Part shown: one piece after another, positions 19,934 to 28,229 of the stretch
How the letters are laid out: each line of letters starts with the position of its first letter
How positions within the stretch are numbered: position 1 is the stretch's first letter
From: Dehalococcoidia bacterium
GTDB lineage: Bacteria; Chloroflexota; Dehalococcoidia; UBA2979
Direction of reading: 5' to 3'
NCBI GenBank assembly: GCA_965262725.1
Contig: OZ253555.1
Location: 1,120,001 to 1,184,000, forward strand
DNA length: 64,000 bases
Program-made: the position numbers and the translations under genes
The notes under the pieces: generated by a model
The model's database searches: none
Told to the model about the DNA's origin: nothing
What the model saw: only the letters and a program-made list of their open reading frames with translations

Positions 19934-20814
19934 CCGCCGACCCCCGCCTCCCGGCAGCACCCGGCGAAGACGGTCATCGCCTCGATGTGGGACCCCGCGC
20001 CGCGCAGCCCCGCCCCCATCGTGTTCAGTGTGAGGTGCGTGGCCCCCGCCTCCTCCCAGGCGCGGGCTGCGGCGACCTGTTCACGCACGTTCCGTCCAGC
20101 GATCTGCACGCGCGTCTCGACGCCGATCGAGGCGGGGTCGCGCCCCGCGCGGCGGATCTCGCGGTGCAGTTCCGTGAGCGGGCCCGCGAGCGAGGCCGGG
20201 TCCCCGCGCAGGCGGGGCGTGATCAGCCATCCGTCGGCGTGGCGCGCGATCCGGGAGAAGACGGCGGGCGCGCCGCCACCCATCCAGAGCGGTACCCTCC
20301 CGCCGGGTGGTCGGGGCTTCACGCCGGCCGAGCTGACGCGATGGAAGCGGCCCTCGAAGCGCACGGACGGCCGCTCCCACAGGGCGCGCATCAGCGCGAT
20401 CTGCTCCTCGATTCGCTTGCCTCGCGTGTGGTAGTCGACGTCCAGGGCCTCGAACGGCGGACGCTGCGAGCCGACGCCGACGCCGAGCCAAAGGCGGCCG
20501 TCGGAGAGCACGGCGAGCTCTGCGGCTTGCTTCGCCACGAGGGCGCCCTGTCGCGGCGGCAGGACCAGCACGCCCGTCAGGAAGCGCAGGCGGCTTGTCA
20601 CGGCCGCCATGTACGCGAAGAGCACCAGCGGCTCGTGCCGGGTCCGCTCGGCGGGATCGCGCAGCACGCCCGGGTGGTCGGGATCCGCGCCGAAGACGTG
20701 GTCGAAGGCGACGGCGTAGTGGTAGCCGGCCTCCTCGGCGGCGCGCGCCCACTCGGCGACGGCGTTCGGCTCTGTGATCGGATCGAGCTGCGGAAAGACC
20801 ACACCCAGCGGCAT
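19930..20814 (-). CDS. LLM-class (probably F420-dependent) oxidoreductase
   Basis: FDHVFG, HEPLVLFAYMAA, TGVLVLP.RQ..LVAKQAA, LWMGG. Confidence 0.9.
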   Translation of the reverse strand: MPLGVVFPQLDPITEPNAVAEWARAAEEAGYHYAVAFDHVFGADPDHPGVLRDPAERTRHEPLVLFAYMAAVTSRLRFLTGVLVLPPRQGALVAKQAAELAVLSDGRLWLGVGVGSQRPPFEALDVDYHTRGKRIEEQIALMRALWERPSVRFEGRFHRVSSAGVKPRPPGGRVPLWMGGGAPAVFSRIARHADGWLITPRLRGDPASLAGPLTELHREIRRAGRDPASIGVETRVQIAGRNVREQVAAARAWEEAGATHLTLNTMGAGLRGAGSHIEAMTVFAGCCREAGVGG

Positions 20815-20822
20815 TGCCCCGC

Positions 20823-21713
20823 CTACTCCATCCGGTCCAGCGCTTCGCGGAAGCGCTCGAGGACCTCGGCATGTTGTTGTGGCGCGCTCCAGCCGGCGCC
20901 CATTGTGTTGACGGCGAGGTGGCTGACGCCGCTCTCCTCCCATCGGCGCGCCTGCTGCGCGGCGCCTTCATAGTCGATCGCTGCGCCGCGACTCTCGCCC
21001 GGTGCGAGAGGGAGGTGGACCTCGACGCCGATGGAGCTTGGCTCTCGGCCGGCGGCGGCCGCCGCCTCGTGCACGCGGGCGAGATCGGGCGCGAGGGTCT
21101 CGGGCTCGCCGTGCGGTGGGAACCACCCCTCCGCGAGTCGTCCCACACGCGACAGAACGCGGGGTGCCGTCCCCCCCATCCAGATCGGGATCGCACCCCT
21201 GGCCGGACGGGGGCGCATCGGCCCGCGGACGCGGTGGTAGCTCCCCTCGAACGTCACCTCGTCCTGCGCCCAGAGTGCCCTGACCAACGCAATCTGCTCC
21301 TCGATGATCCGACCGCGCTGCGCAAAGTCTACGCCGAGCGCCTCGTATTCGACGGCGTTCCAGCCGACACCGACGCCCAGCCTCAGCCGACCCCCGGCGA
21401 GCTGCGCGAGCGTCGCGGCCTGCTGTGCCACCAGCACCGCCTGCCGCTGGGGCAGGACTAGGACGTCGGTCACGAACTCAAGCCGCTCCGTGCACGCCGC
21501 GAGGTGAGCGAACAGCAGCAGCGGCTCGTGGAACGGCGTCTCGTGGGTGTAGGCACCGCGCCAGCCCCCCGGCCGGACGGGGTCGACTCCGAGCACGTGG
21601 TCGAAGGCGAGGAGGTGCGAGTAGCCCGCCCGCTCCACGTCTCGCGCGAATCCTCGCAGCGCCGCGGCGTCGCCCTCGATCTCGGTCTGCGGGAAGATAG
21701 CGCCGAGCCGCAC
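20823..21713 (-). CDS. LLM-class (probably F420-dependent) oxidoreductase
   Basis: LGAIFPQTEI, FDHVLG, FHEPLLLF, LRLGVGVGWN..EY, IPIWMGG; paralog of the adjacent gene. Confidence 0.9.
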   Translation of the reverse strand: MRLGAIFPQTEIEGDAAALRGFARDVERAGYSHLLAFDHVLGVDPVRPGGWRGAYTHETPFHEPLLLFAHLAACTERLEFVTDVLVLPQRQAVLVAQQAATLAQLAGGRLRLGVGVGWNAVEYEALGVDFAQRGRIIEEQIALVRALWAQDEVTFEGSYHRVRGPMRPRPARGAIPIWMGGTAPRVLSRVGRLAEGWFPPHGEPETLAPDLARVHEAAAAAGREPSSIGVEVHLPLAPGESRGAAIDYEGAAQQARRWEESGVSHLAVNTMGAGWSAPQQHAEVLERFREALDRME

Positions 21714-21837
21714 GGATCGCCTCCGCCCTCGGGGCGCGCATCGCGCCTCATCGCGAGGCACTCTATACACCGGATCCGCTCCGGTACGCAGGGACACCGC
21801 TCTCCCGCGCGCCGAGGCGGGCCCGTACGCTGCTCGC

Positions 21838-22728
21838 GTGTACGTCGTTGTTCTTGTTGCCGCAGTCGTCGCGATCTCCTGGGCGGCGCCGTTGATCCGG
21901 CTGGCCGAGGCACCGGTACTCGTCATCGCCGCTCTCCGGATCGGCTTCGCCGCCGCGCCGATGGCGGCGGCCGCGGCCTGGTGGCGTCGCGATGAGCTGA
22001 GGATGCTCGGCCGAGACGGGCCCGCTCGTCGCGACGCGGCGTTCGTCGCGTTGGCCGGCGCGGCGCTCGCCGGCCACTTCTGGGCATGGGTGTCGGCCAT
22101 CGATCGGACGTCGGTGATCACGAGCGTCGTGCTCGTCGCCCTCCAGCCCTTGATCGCCGCGCTTGGCGCGTGGCTGTTGCTCCGCGAGCGGCCTCCACGC
22201 GTGACGCTCGTGGGGATGGCGATCGCGTTCGGCGGGGCGTTGCTCCTCATCGCCGACGACCTCGGCGAACGCGGCTCGCTCACGGGTGACGGCCTCGCGC
22301 TCCTCGCCGCGGTGCTGGCGAGCGGCTATCTGGTCGCCGGCCGCCGCGCGCGGCGCCGACTCTCGAACCTCACCTACGGGGCCGTCGTCTACTCCGGGGC
22401 GGCGGCGATCCTGCTCGTGGCGATCGCCGGCTCGGGGACGCGCCTGAGCGGCCACCCGGCCGAAGCGTACCTGTTGATCGTCGCGCTCGCGCTCGGGCCC
22501 CAGATGATCGGACATAACGCTCTCAACTGGGCGCTCGGCGCGCTGCCGGCTGCGACGGTGGCGGTCGTGACTCTGGGCGAGCCGGTGGGCGCGGCCGTAA
22601 TCGCCGCACTCTTGCTCGACGAGCTGCCGAGCGCATCCGAGATCTTGGGTTCGGTGGTGGTGCTCGTCGGGGTCGGTGTGGCCCTGGCGCCTCTGTATTC
22701 GCCGGCGACTCGTCGCCAGCTTCTTTGA
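21838..22728 (+). CDS. DMT/EamA family transporter
   Basis: About 10 TM segments; GPQMIGH, LGEPVGA motifs; start approximate. Confidence 0.88.
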   Translation: MYVVVLVAAVVAISWAAPLIRLAEAPVLVIAALRIGFAAAPMAAAAAWWRRDELRMLGRDGPARRDAAFVALAGAALAGHFWAWVSAIDRTSVITSVVLVALQPLIAALGAWLLLRERPPRVTLVGMAIAFGGALLLIADDLGERGSLTGDGLALLAAVLASGYLVAGRRARRRLSNLTYGAVVYSGAAAILLVAIAGSGTRLSGHPAEAYLLIVALALGPQMIGHNALNWALGALPAATVAVVTLGEPVGAAVIAALLLDELPSASEILGSVVVLVGVGVALAPLYSPATRRQLL

Positions 22729-22775
22729 TGCTCCATGACTCCTCCGCCCTGCCTCAGGGGTGCGCACGATTCGCG

Positions 22776-22927
22776 CGGCACGGAGGCGGGGCTATCGTTA
22801 TTCTCGTCACGTGCCGGAGTGATACCAAGATGTCGCGCGAACTCGAAGAACGGATCGTTGCGTACGTCTCGCACTTGTTGTAGATCTTGAGTCGTTCGCG
22901 ATGACCTTCAACGCCGCCGTCGTGCCG
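22776..22927. ncRNA. Candidate rod-shaped structured RNA (6S-like architecture)
   Basis: Nested inverted repeats form a closing stem, an asymmetric bubble, an inner stem and an apical loop in an AT-enriched intergenic region; no family sequence motif recognised. Confidence 0.3.
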
Positions 22928-23017
22928 TGGCAGGACTGTCAGATAGAATGGCCGGTTCCCAAGGAATCGATCTTGGGTTAGTCTGGTAGAAACTGGTTGT
23001 CTAGAAGGGGGCGTTTC

Positions 23018-23269
23018 ATGCCGAAGTTTGAGAAGGTGGATCCGAAAGATGTCGCCGTCGGCCGCGGGCGAGCGGCGATGGCCGAGCGCGCGCCCTACAT
23101 CGAGGCCCTGAAGGCCGGAGCCGCCGGGCGCATCGAGCTCCAGCGCGGGGAGAAGCAGGCGATCGTCAAGCGACGGCTCCAGGAGGCGTCCCGCGAGTGC
23201 GGGATCAAGATCCGCTCCTCCTGGGAGAACCCCCGCATGCTCGTCTGGAAGCGAACCCGCACGAAGTAG
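23018..23269 (+). CDS. Small basic hypothetical protein (83 aa)
   Basis: AAGGGGG RBS, clean codon usage, K/R-rich; TAGAAT -10-like hexamer at 22944. Confidence 0.75.
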   Translation: MPKFEKVDPKDVAVGRGRAAMAERAPYIEALKAGAAGRIELQRGEKQAIVKRRLQEASRECGIKIRSSWENPRMLVWKRTRTK

Positions 23270-23530
23270 CACCCCGGCGCGCCCCTCTGCGACATCGCAG
23301 CCGATCACGCGGATGGCGGGGCGGCGCCGCCGAGCGATCGGGCTCCGCGCACGGGCCGCGCGCGCGCGGAAGGGCGCCCCTCAGGGTGCCCGGACGGCGA
23401 CGGCGCGCGCTTGCCGGATTGTGAGAGATCGCGCAATATGAGAGGCCGTCCGGCGCGACGGACGGGTATGATTCTCTCCTCGGAGTGCAGCGGCCGGAAC
23501 CTCCCGATCGTTGGGTAGCGAAGGAAGCCC

Positions 23531-26500
23531 GTGGTGGCACAGGGCAGAGCCCCGGTATTCCCCGAACGCTCCGGTGGCGGGCTGTCGCGTGGGGCCTCCG
23601 TCGAGGAGGTGGCCGCCGGACGCCTGCTCTACCATCCAGCGCACGAGCACGACGCGTGCGGCACGGGTTTCATCGCGCGGGTGGACGGCACACGTTCGCA
23701 CCGCATCGTCGAACTCGCCGTCGAGGGTGTGGTCAACCTCACCCACCGCGGCGCCGTCTCCGCGGATGCGACCTCCGGCGACGGCGCGGGCGTCACCATT
23801 CAGATCCCCTTCGAGCTCCTGGTGGAGGACGCGGCGCGTCTGGGTCGGACGCTGGTTGACCGCGATCGGCTCGCGGTGGCTATGGTCTTCCTGCCGCACG
23901 AGGAGGCGGATCGACCGTCGGCGCGGGCGATTCTGGAGGAGTCGCTTGCTCTCACCGGCGTCGATGTTATCGGGTGGCGCGCGGTGCCGACCAACCCCTC
24001 GGTCCTCGGTGGATTGGCGCTCGACAGCCTCCCCGGGATCGAGCAGTTGCTTCTCGCGCGGCCCGACGGCCTCCAGCCCGGTCCAGACTTCGATCGTGCG
24101 CTCTACCTCGCGCGACGGCGGGCGGAGCAGCGCTACCGCGAGGAGGGCGTCGACTGCTATGTCGTCTCGCTGTCGGCGCGCACCGTCGTCTACAAGGGAC
24201 TGATGGCGGCGCCGCAACTCGGCGCCTTCTACCCGGACCTCGGCGACAAGCGCACGGTCTCCGCGCTCGCGCTTCTACATCAGCGCTTCGCGACCAACAC
24301 GCTGCCGAACTGGAAGCTGGCGCAACCCTTCCGGATGGCTGCGCACAACGGCGAGATCAACACGCTCCTCGGTAATCGCAACTGGATGAGCGCGCGCGAA
24401 CCGGAGCTCACGTCCGCGCTGTGGGGTGAGCAGCTGTCGGAACTCCTTCCCGTGATCTGGCCGATCGGTTCCGATACGGCCTCCTTCGACGAGGCACTCG
24501 AACTCCTCGTTCACTCCGGCCGCGGCCTCCTCCATGCGCTGATGTTGCTCATCCCGGAGGCCTGGGAGAACATGCCGCAGATGGACGCCACGCTACGGGC
24601 GTTCTACGAGTACCATGCGTGCCTCTCGGAGCCGTGGGACGGGCCCGCCGCTGTCGCCGTCACTAACGGGAGCATGGTCGCCGCGGTGCTCGATCGCAAC
24701 GGGCTGCGTCCCGCGCGGTACCAGGTGACGCGCGACGGTCTCGTCGTGATGGCGTCCGAGGTGGGTCTGGTCGACATTTTCCCCGGCGATATCGTGGAGT
24801 CGGGGCGCCTCGGCCCGGGTCAGATGATCGCCATCGATACCGCCCGGAGGCGGCTGATCCACAACGACGAGATCAAGCGCGAGATCTCCTCGCGTCGTCC
24901 CTACGGGGAGTGGGTGAGCCGCAACCTCCACCACCTCCCCCGCGCCTCCGGCCGCGCCGGCGAGGCGCGCGAGGAGGTGGCTCGAGGAAACGGTCGGGCA
25001 CCCGGCGCCTTGGATGGCACGTACCTGGCCGATGCGGATGTCGCACGGCTGCAGCGCCTCTACGGCTACACGCGCGAGGAGCTGCAGTACGTCATCAAGC
25101 CGATGGCCGTTGACGGCAAGGAGCCGACGGGCTCCATGGGTGACGACACGCCGCCGTCCACTCTGCAGGACGACTCGCGGCTGCTCTACACCTACTTTCG
25201 CCAGCGCTTCGCGCAGGTGACCAACCCACCGATCGACTCCGTCCGCGAGGAGATCGTGATGTCCCTCGACACCTACCTCGGGCGTCGCCATTCACTGCTC
25301 GAGGCAACGCCCGAGGCGGCGCGACTGGTCCACCTGACGAGCCCGCTGATGACGGACGAGGAGATCGTGGCTCTCAGGCAGGTGCCGCTCGCGGACATCT
25401 CCGTGACCACGTTGCACGCGCGCTTCCTCGCCGCCGATGGCGAGGCGGGGCTGCGGCGGGGGCTTGAGGAGATCTGCTCCGCGGCCGTTCTCGCCGTCGA
25501 CGAGGGGCAAACGGTGCTCATCCTCAGCGATCGCCTCACCGACGAGCAGTGGGCGCCGATCCCGCTGTTGCTCGCGGTTTCGACCGTGCACCACCACCTG
25601 ATCCGCGAGAGACGACGGATGCGCGTGAGCATCGTGGCGGAGGCGGGCGACGCCCGCGACGTCCACCATCTCGCCTGTCTGGTCGGTTTCGGGGCCTCGG
25701 CGGTGAACCCGTACCTCGCATTCGAGACCCTGCGGCAGATGCACGAGCAGGGGGAGTTCGGTGAGCGCCCGCTCGACGAGACGCTCCAGCGCTACGAGCA
25801 GGCCGTCGACACCGGGATCCTAAAGATCATGTCGAAGATGGGGATCTCCGCCGTCTCCTCCTACCACGGAGCACAGATCTTCGAGGCTCTGGGCATCTCC
25901 AACGAAGTCGTGGAGGCGAGCTTCCCCGGAACGACTTCGCGCATCGGCGGCATCGGATTCGCCGAGATTGCCCGCGACGCGTGCGAGCGGCACGAGGCCG
26001 CCTATCGCGAGACCAACCTCCCGCACGGCGGTTGGTACAAGTACCGCCGGGACGGCGACTATCACGCGAACGAGCCTCCAGTGTGGCGCCAGCTTCAGAA
26101 GGTCGCGCAAGGATCCGGTGCCGAGGGGTACCGCGACTTCACCCAGCTGGTCTACGAGCGCCCGCCGACCGCTCTCCGCGACCTGCTCGAACTGGTCCCC
26201 GACCGCGAGCCGATCGCGATCGAGCGAGTCGAGCCGGTGCACGCGATCACGCAGCGCTTCCAGACGGGGGCGATGTCTCTGGGCGCGCTCTCGCCCGAGG
26301 CGCACGAGGACATGGCGCGCGGCATGAACATGCTCGGCGGGCGCTCCAATACCGGCGAGGGCGGCGAGGACCCCCAGCGCTACCTGCCGCGTGGTGAGAA
26401 GCGGGACGCGAACTCGCTTGTGAAGCAGGTCGCGTCGGGCCGATTCGGCGTCACGCCGGCCTACTTGGCCGCGGCCGCCGAACTCGAGATCAAGATGTCG

Positions 26501-28192
26501 CAAGGCTCGAAGCCGGGTGAGGGCGGGCAGCTGCCCGGGCACAAGGTGTCGCCGTACATCGCGCAGCTGCGCCACGTCATGCCGGGAACGACCCTGATCT
26601 CACCGCCGCCGCATCATGACATCTACTCGATTGAGGATCTCGCGCAGCTCATCTACGACCTCAAGATCGCGAACCCGCGCGCCCGCGTCTGCGTGAAGCT
26701 CGTGGCGTCCGAGGGGGTCGGCACGATCGCGGCCGGCGTTGCGAAGGGCTACGCCGACGTGATCCAGATCTCCGGCGCCGACGGGGGCACGGGTGCGAGC
26801 CCTCTCTCCTCGATCAAGTACGCGGGGGCGCCGTGGGAGCTCGGTCTGGCCGAGACCCAGCAGGTGCTCGTGATGAACGACCTGCGCGGCAGAGTGATCC
26901 TGCGCGCGGACGGCGGCATGCACACGGGGCGCGATGTCGTGGTCGCGGCCCTGTTCGGCGCGGAGCAGTACGGCTTCGGCACGGCCGCGATGGTGGCGCT
27001 TGGCTGCAAGATGGCGCGCCAGTGTCACCTCAACACCTGCCCGGTAGGCGTCGCGACCCAGCGCGAGGATCTGCGCGAGAAGTACTTTGGCGAGCCGGCG
27101 ATGCTGCACAACTACCTTTCGCACGTGGGCCAGGAGGTGCGCGAGATCCTCGCCTACCTCGGGTACGAGCGGCTCGACGATCTGATCGGCCGAGCCGGCC
27201 TGCTCCGGCAGCGCACAGACCTCGCCCCCGGGCACCGCTACGAGGGCGCGGATCTCTCGCGTGTGATCACGGCGGTCGATCCGGAGGAGAGCCGTCCGCA
27301 CCGCCAGCTCCAGCCTCGGAACGACCGTCCGGGCGACGAACCGCTCGACGACCGCGTGCTCGCCGACATCGGCGACGCGATCGACCGCGGCCAGCAGGCG
27401 GCGCGCTCCTACCCCATTCGCAACACCGATCGCACCGTGGGGGCGCGGATCTCCGGGATGATCGCGCACGAGCGCGGCGACGAGGGCCTCCCTGACGGCA
27501 CCGTCGACCTCACCTTCCACGGCTCCGCTGGGCAGTCCTTCGGCGCCTTCCTGGTGCGCGGGGTGCGCTTGCGGCTCGTTGGCGAGGCAAATGACTACGT
27601 GGGCAAGGGGATGGGGGGCGGCGAGATCACGATCCGCCCGTCCGACGACGCTGGCTTTCCCTCGCACGAGGGCGTGCTGGTGGGAAACACCGTCCTGTAT
27701 GGCGCCACGGGCGGGAACCTCTTCGTCGCCGGCCGGGCCGGGGAGCGCTTCGCGGTGCGTAACTCGGGTGCGCGCGCCGTGGTCGAGGGGATCGGCGACC
27801 ACGGCTGCGAGTACATGACGGACGGCGTCGTCGTCATCCTCGGCACCACCGGGCGGAACTTCGGCGCCGGCATGTCGAACGGCGTCGCCTTTGTCCTCGA
27901 CGAGGCGGGGGATTTTCGCACGCGCGTGAACCCGGAGCTGGTCGGTCTGGAGCAGGTCACCACGCCGGAGGGCTTGGAGCTGCTCGAGGCGCTGATCCAA
28001 CGCCACCTCGAGCTCACGGGCTCCGCGCGCGCCTCCCAGATCCTCCGCGACTGGCGGCACTACCTGCCCCAGTTCTGGCGGGTCGCGCCGAAGTTTGCCG
28101 TCACCGAGGACGGTGCGATGGTGGTGGTCCGGCGTCATCTCCACACGCTGCGGGCCATCCAGCAGGGCACGACCGCCGTCGCGAGGCGCTAG
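23531..28192 (+). CDS. gltB: Glutamate synthase large subunit
   Basis: EHDACGTGF (Ntn Cys), HQRFATNT, HNGEINT, EPWDGPA, KPGEGGQLPG, CHLNTCPVG, GAGMSNG. Confidence 0.97.
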   Translation: MVAQGRAPVFPERSGGGLSRGASVEEVAAGRLLYHPAHEHDACGTGFIARVDGTRSHRIVELAVEGVVNLTHRGAVSADATSGDGAGVTIQIPFELLVEDAARLGRTLVDRDRLAVAMVFLPHEEADRPSARAILEESLALTGVDVIGWRAVPTNPSVLGGLALDSLPGIEQLLLARPDGLQPGPDFDRALYLARRRAEQRYREEGVDCYVVSLSARTVVYKGLMAAPQLGAFYPDLGDKRTVSALALLHQRFATNTLPNWKLAQPFRMAAHNGEINTLLGNRNWMSAREPELTSALWGEQLSELLPVIWPIGSDTASFDEALELLVHSGRGLLHALMLLIPEAWENMPQMDATLRAFYEYHACLSEPWDGPAAVAVTNGSMVAAVLDRNGLRPARYQVTRDGLVVMASEVGLVDIFPGDIVESGRLGPGQMIAIDTARRRLIHNDEIKREISSRRPYGEWVSRNLHHLPRASGRAGEAREEVARGNGRAPGALDGTYLADADVARLQRLYGYTREELQYVIKPMAVDGKEPTGSMGDDTPPSTLQDDSRLLYTYFRQRFAQVTNPPIDSVREEIVMSLDTYLGRRHSLLEATPEAARLVHLTSPLMTDEEIVALRQVPLADISVTTLHARFLAADGEAGLRRGLEEICSAAVLAVDEGQTVLILSDRLTDEQWAPIPLLLAVSTVHHHLIRERRRMRVSIVAEAGDARDVHHLACLVGFGASAVNPYLAFETLRQMHEQGEFGERPLDETLQRYEQAVDTGILKIMSKMGISAVSSYHGAQIFEALGISNEVVEASFPGTTSRIGGIGFAEIARDACERHEAAYRETNLPHGGWYKYRRDGDYHANEPPVWRQLQKVAQGSGAEGYRDFTQLVYERPPTALRDLLELVPDREPIAIERVEPVHAITQRFQTGAMSLGALSPEAHEDMARGMNMLGGRSNTGEGGEDPQRYLPRGEKRDANSLVKQVASGRFGVTPAYLAAAAELEIKMSQGSKPGEGGQLPGHKVSPYIAQLRHVMPGTTLISPPPHHDIYSIEDLAQLIYDLKIANPRARVCVKLVASEGVGTIAAGVAKGYADVIQISGADGGTGASPLSSIKYAGAPWELGLAETQQVLVMNDLRGRVILRADGGMHTGRDVVVAALFGAEQYGFGTAAMVALGCKMARQCHLNTCPVGVATQREDLREKYFGEPAMLHNYLSHVGQEVREILAYLGYERLDDLIGRAGLLRQRTDLAPGHRYEGADLSRVITAVDPEESRPHRQLQPRNDRPGDEPLDDRVLADIGDAIDRGQQAARSYPIRNTDRTVGARISGMIAHERGDEGLPDGTVDLTFHGSAGQSFGAFLVRGVRLRLVGEANDYVGKGMGGGEITIRPSDDAGFPSHEGVLVGNTVLYGATGGNLFVAGRAGERFAVRNSGARAVVEGIGDHGCEYMTDGVVVILGTTGRNFGAGMSNGVAFVLDEAGDFRTRVNPELVGLEQVTTPEGLELLEALIQRHLELTGSARASQILRDWRHYLPQFWRVAPKFAVTEDGAMVVVRRHLHTLRAIQQGTTAVARR

Positions 28193-28229
28193 CGCCGGGC
28201 GGCTTCCCCGATCCGCGGGTCCGGAGGCG

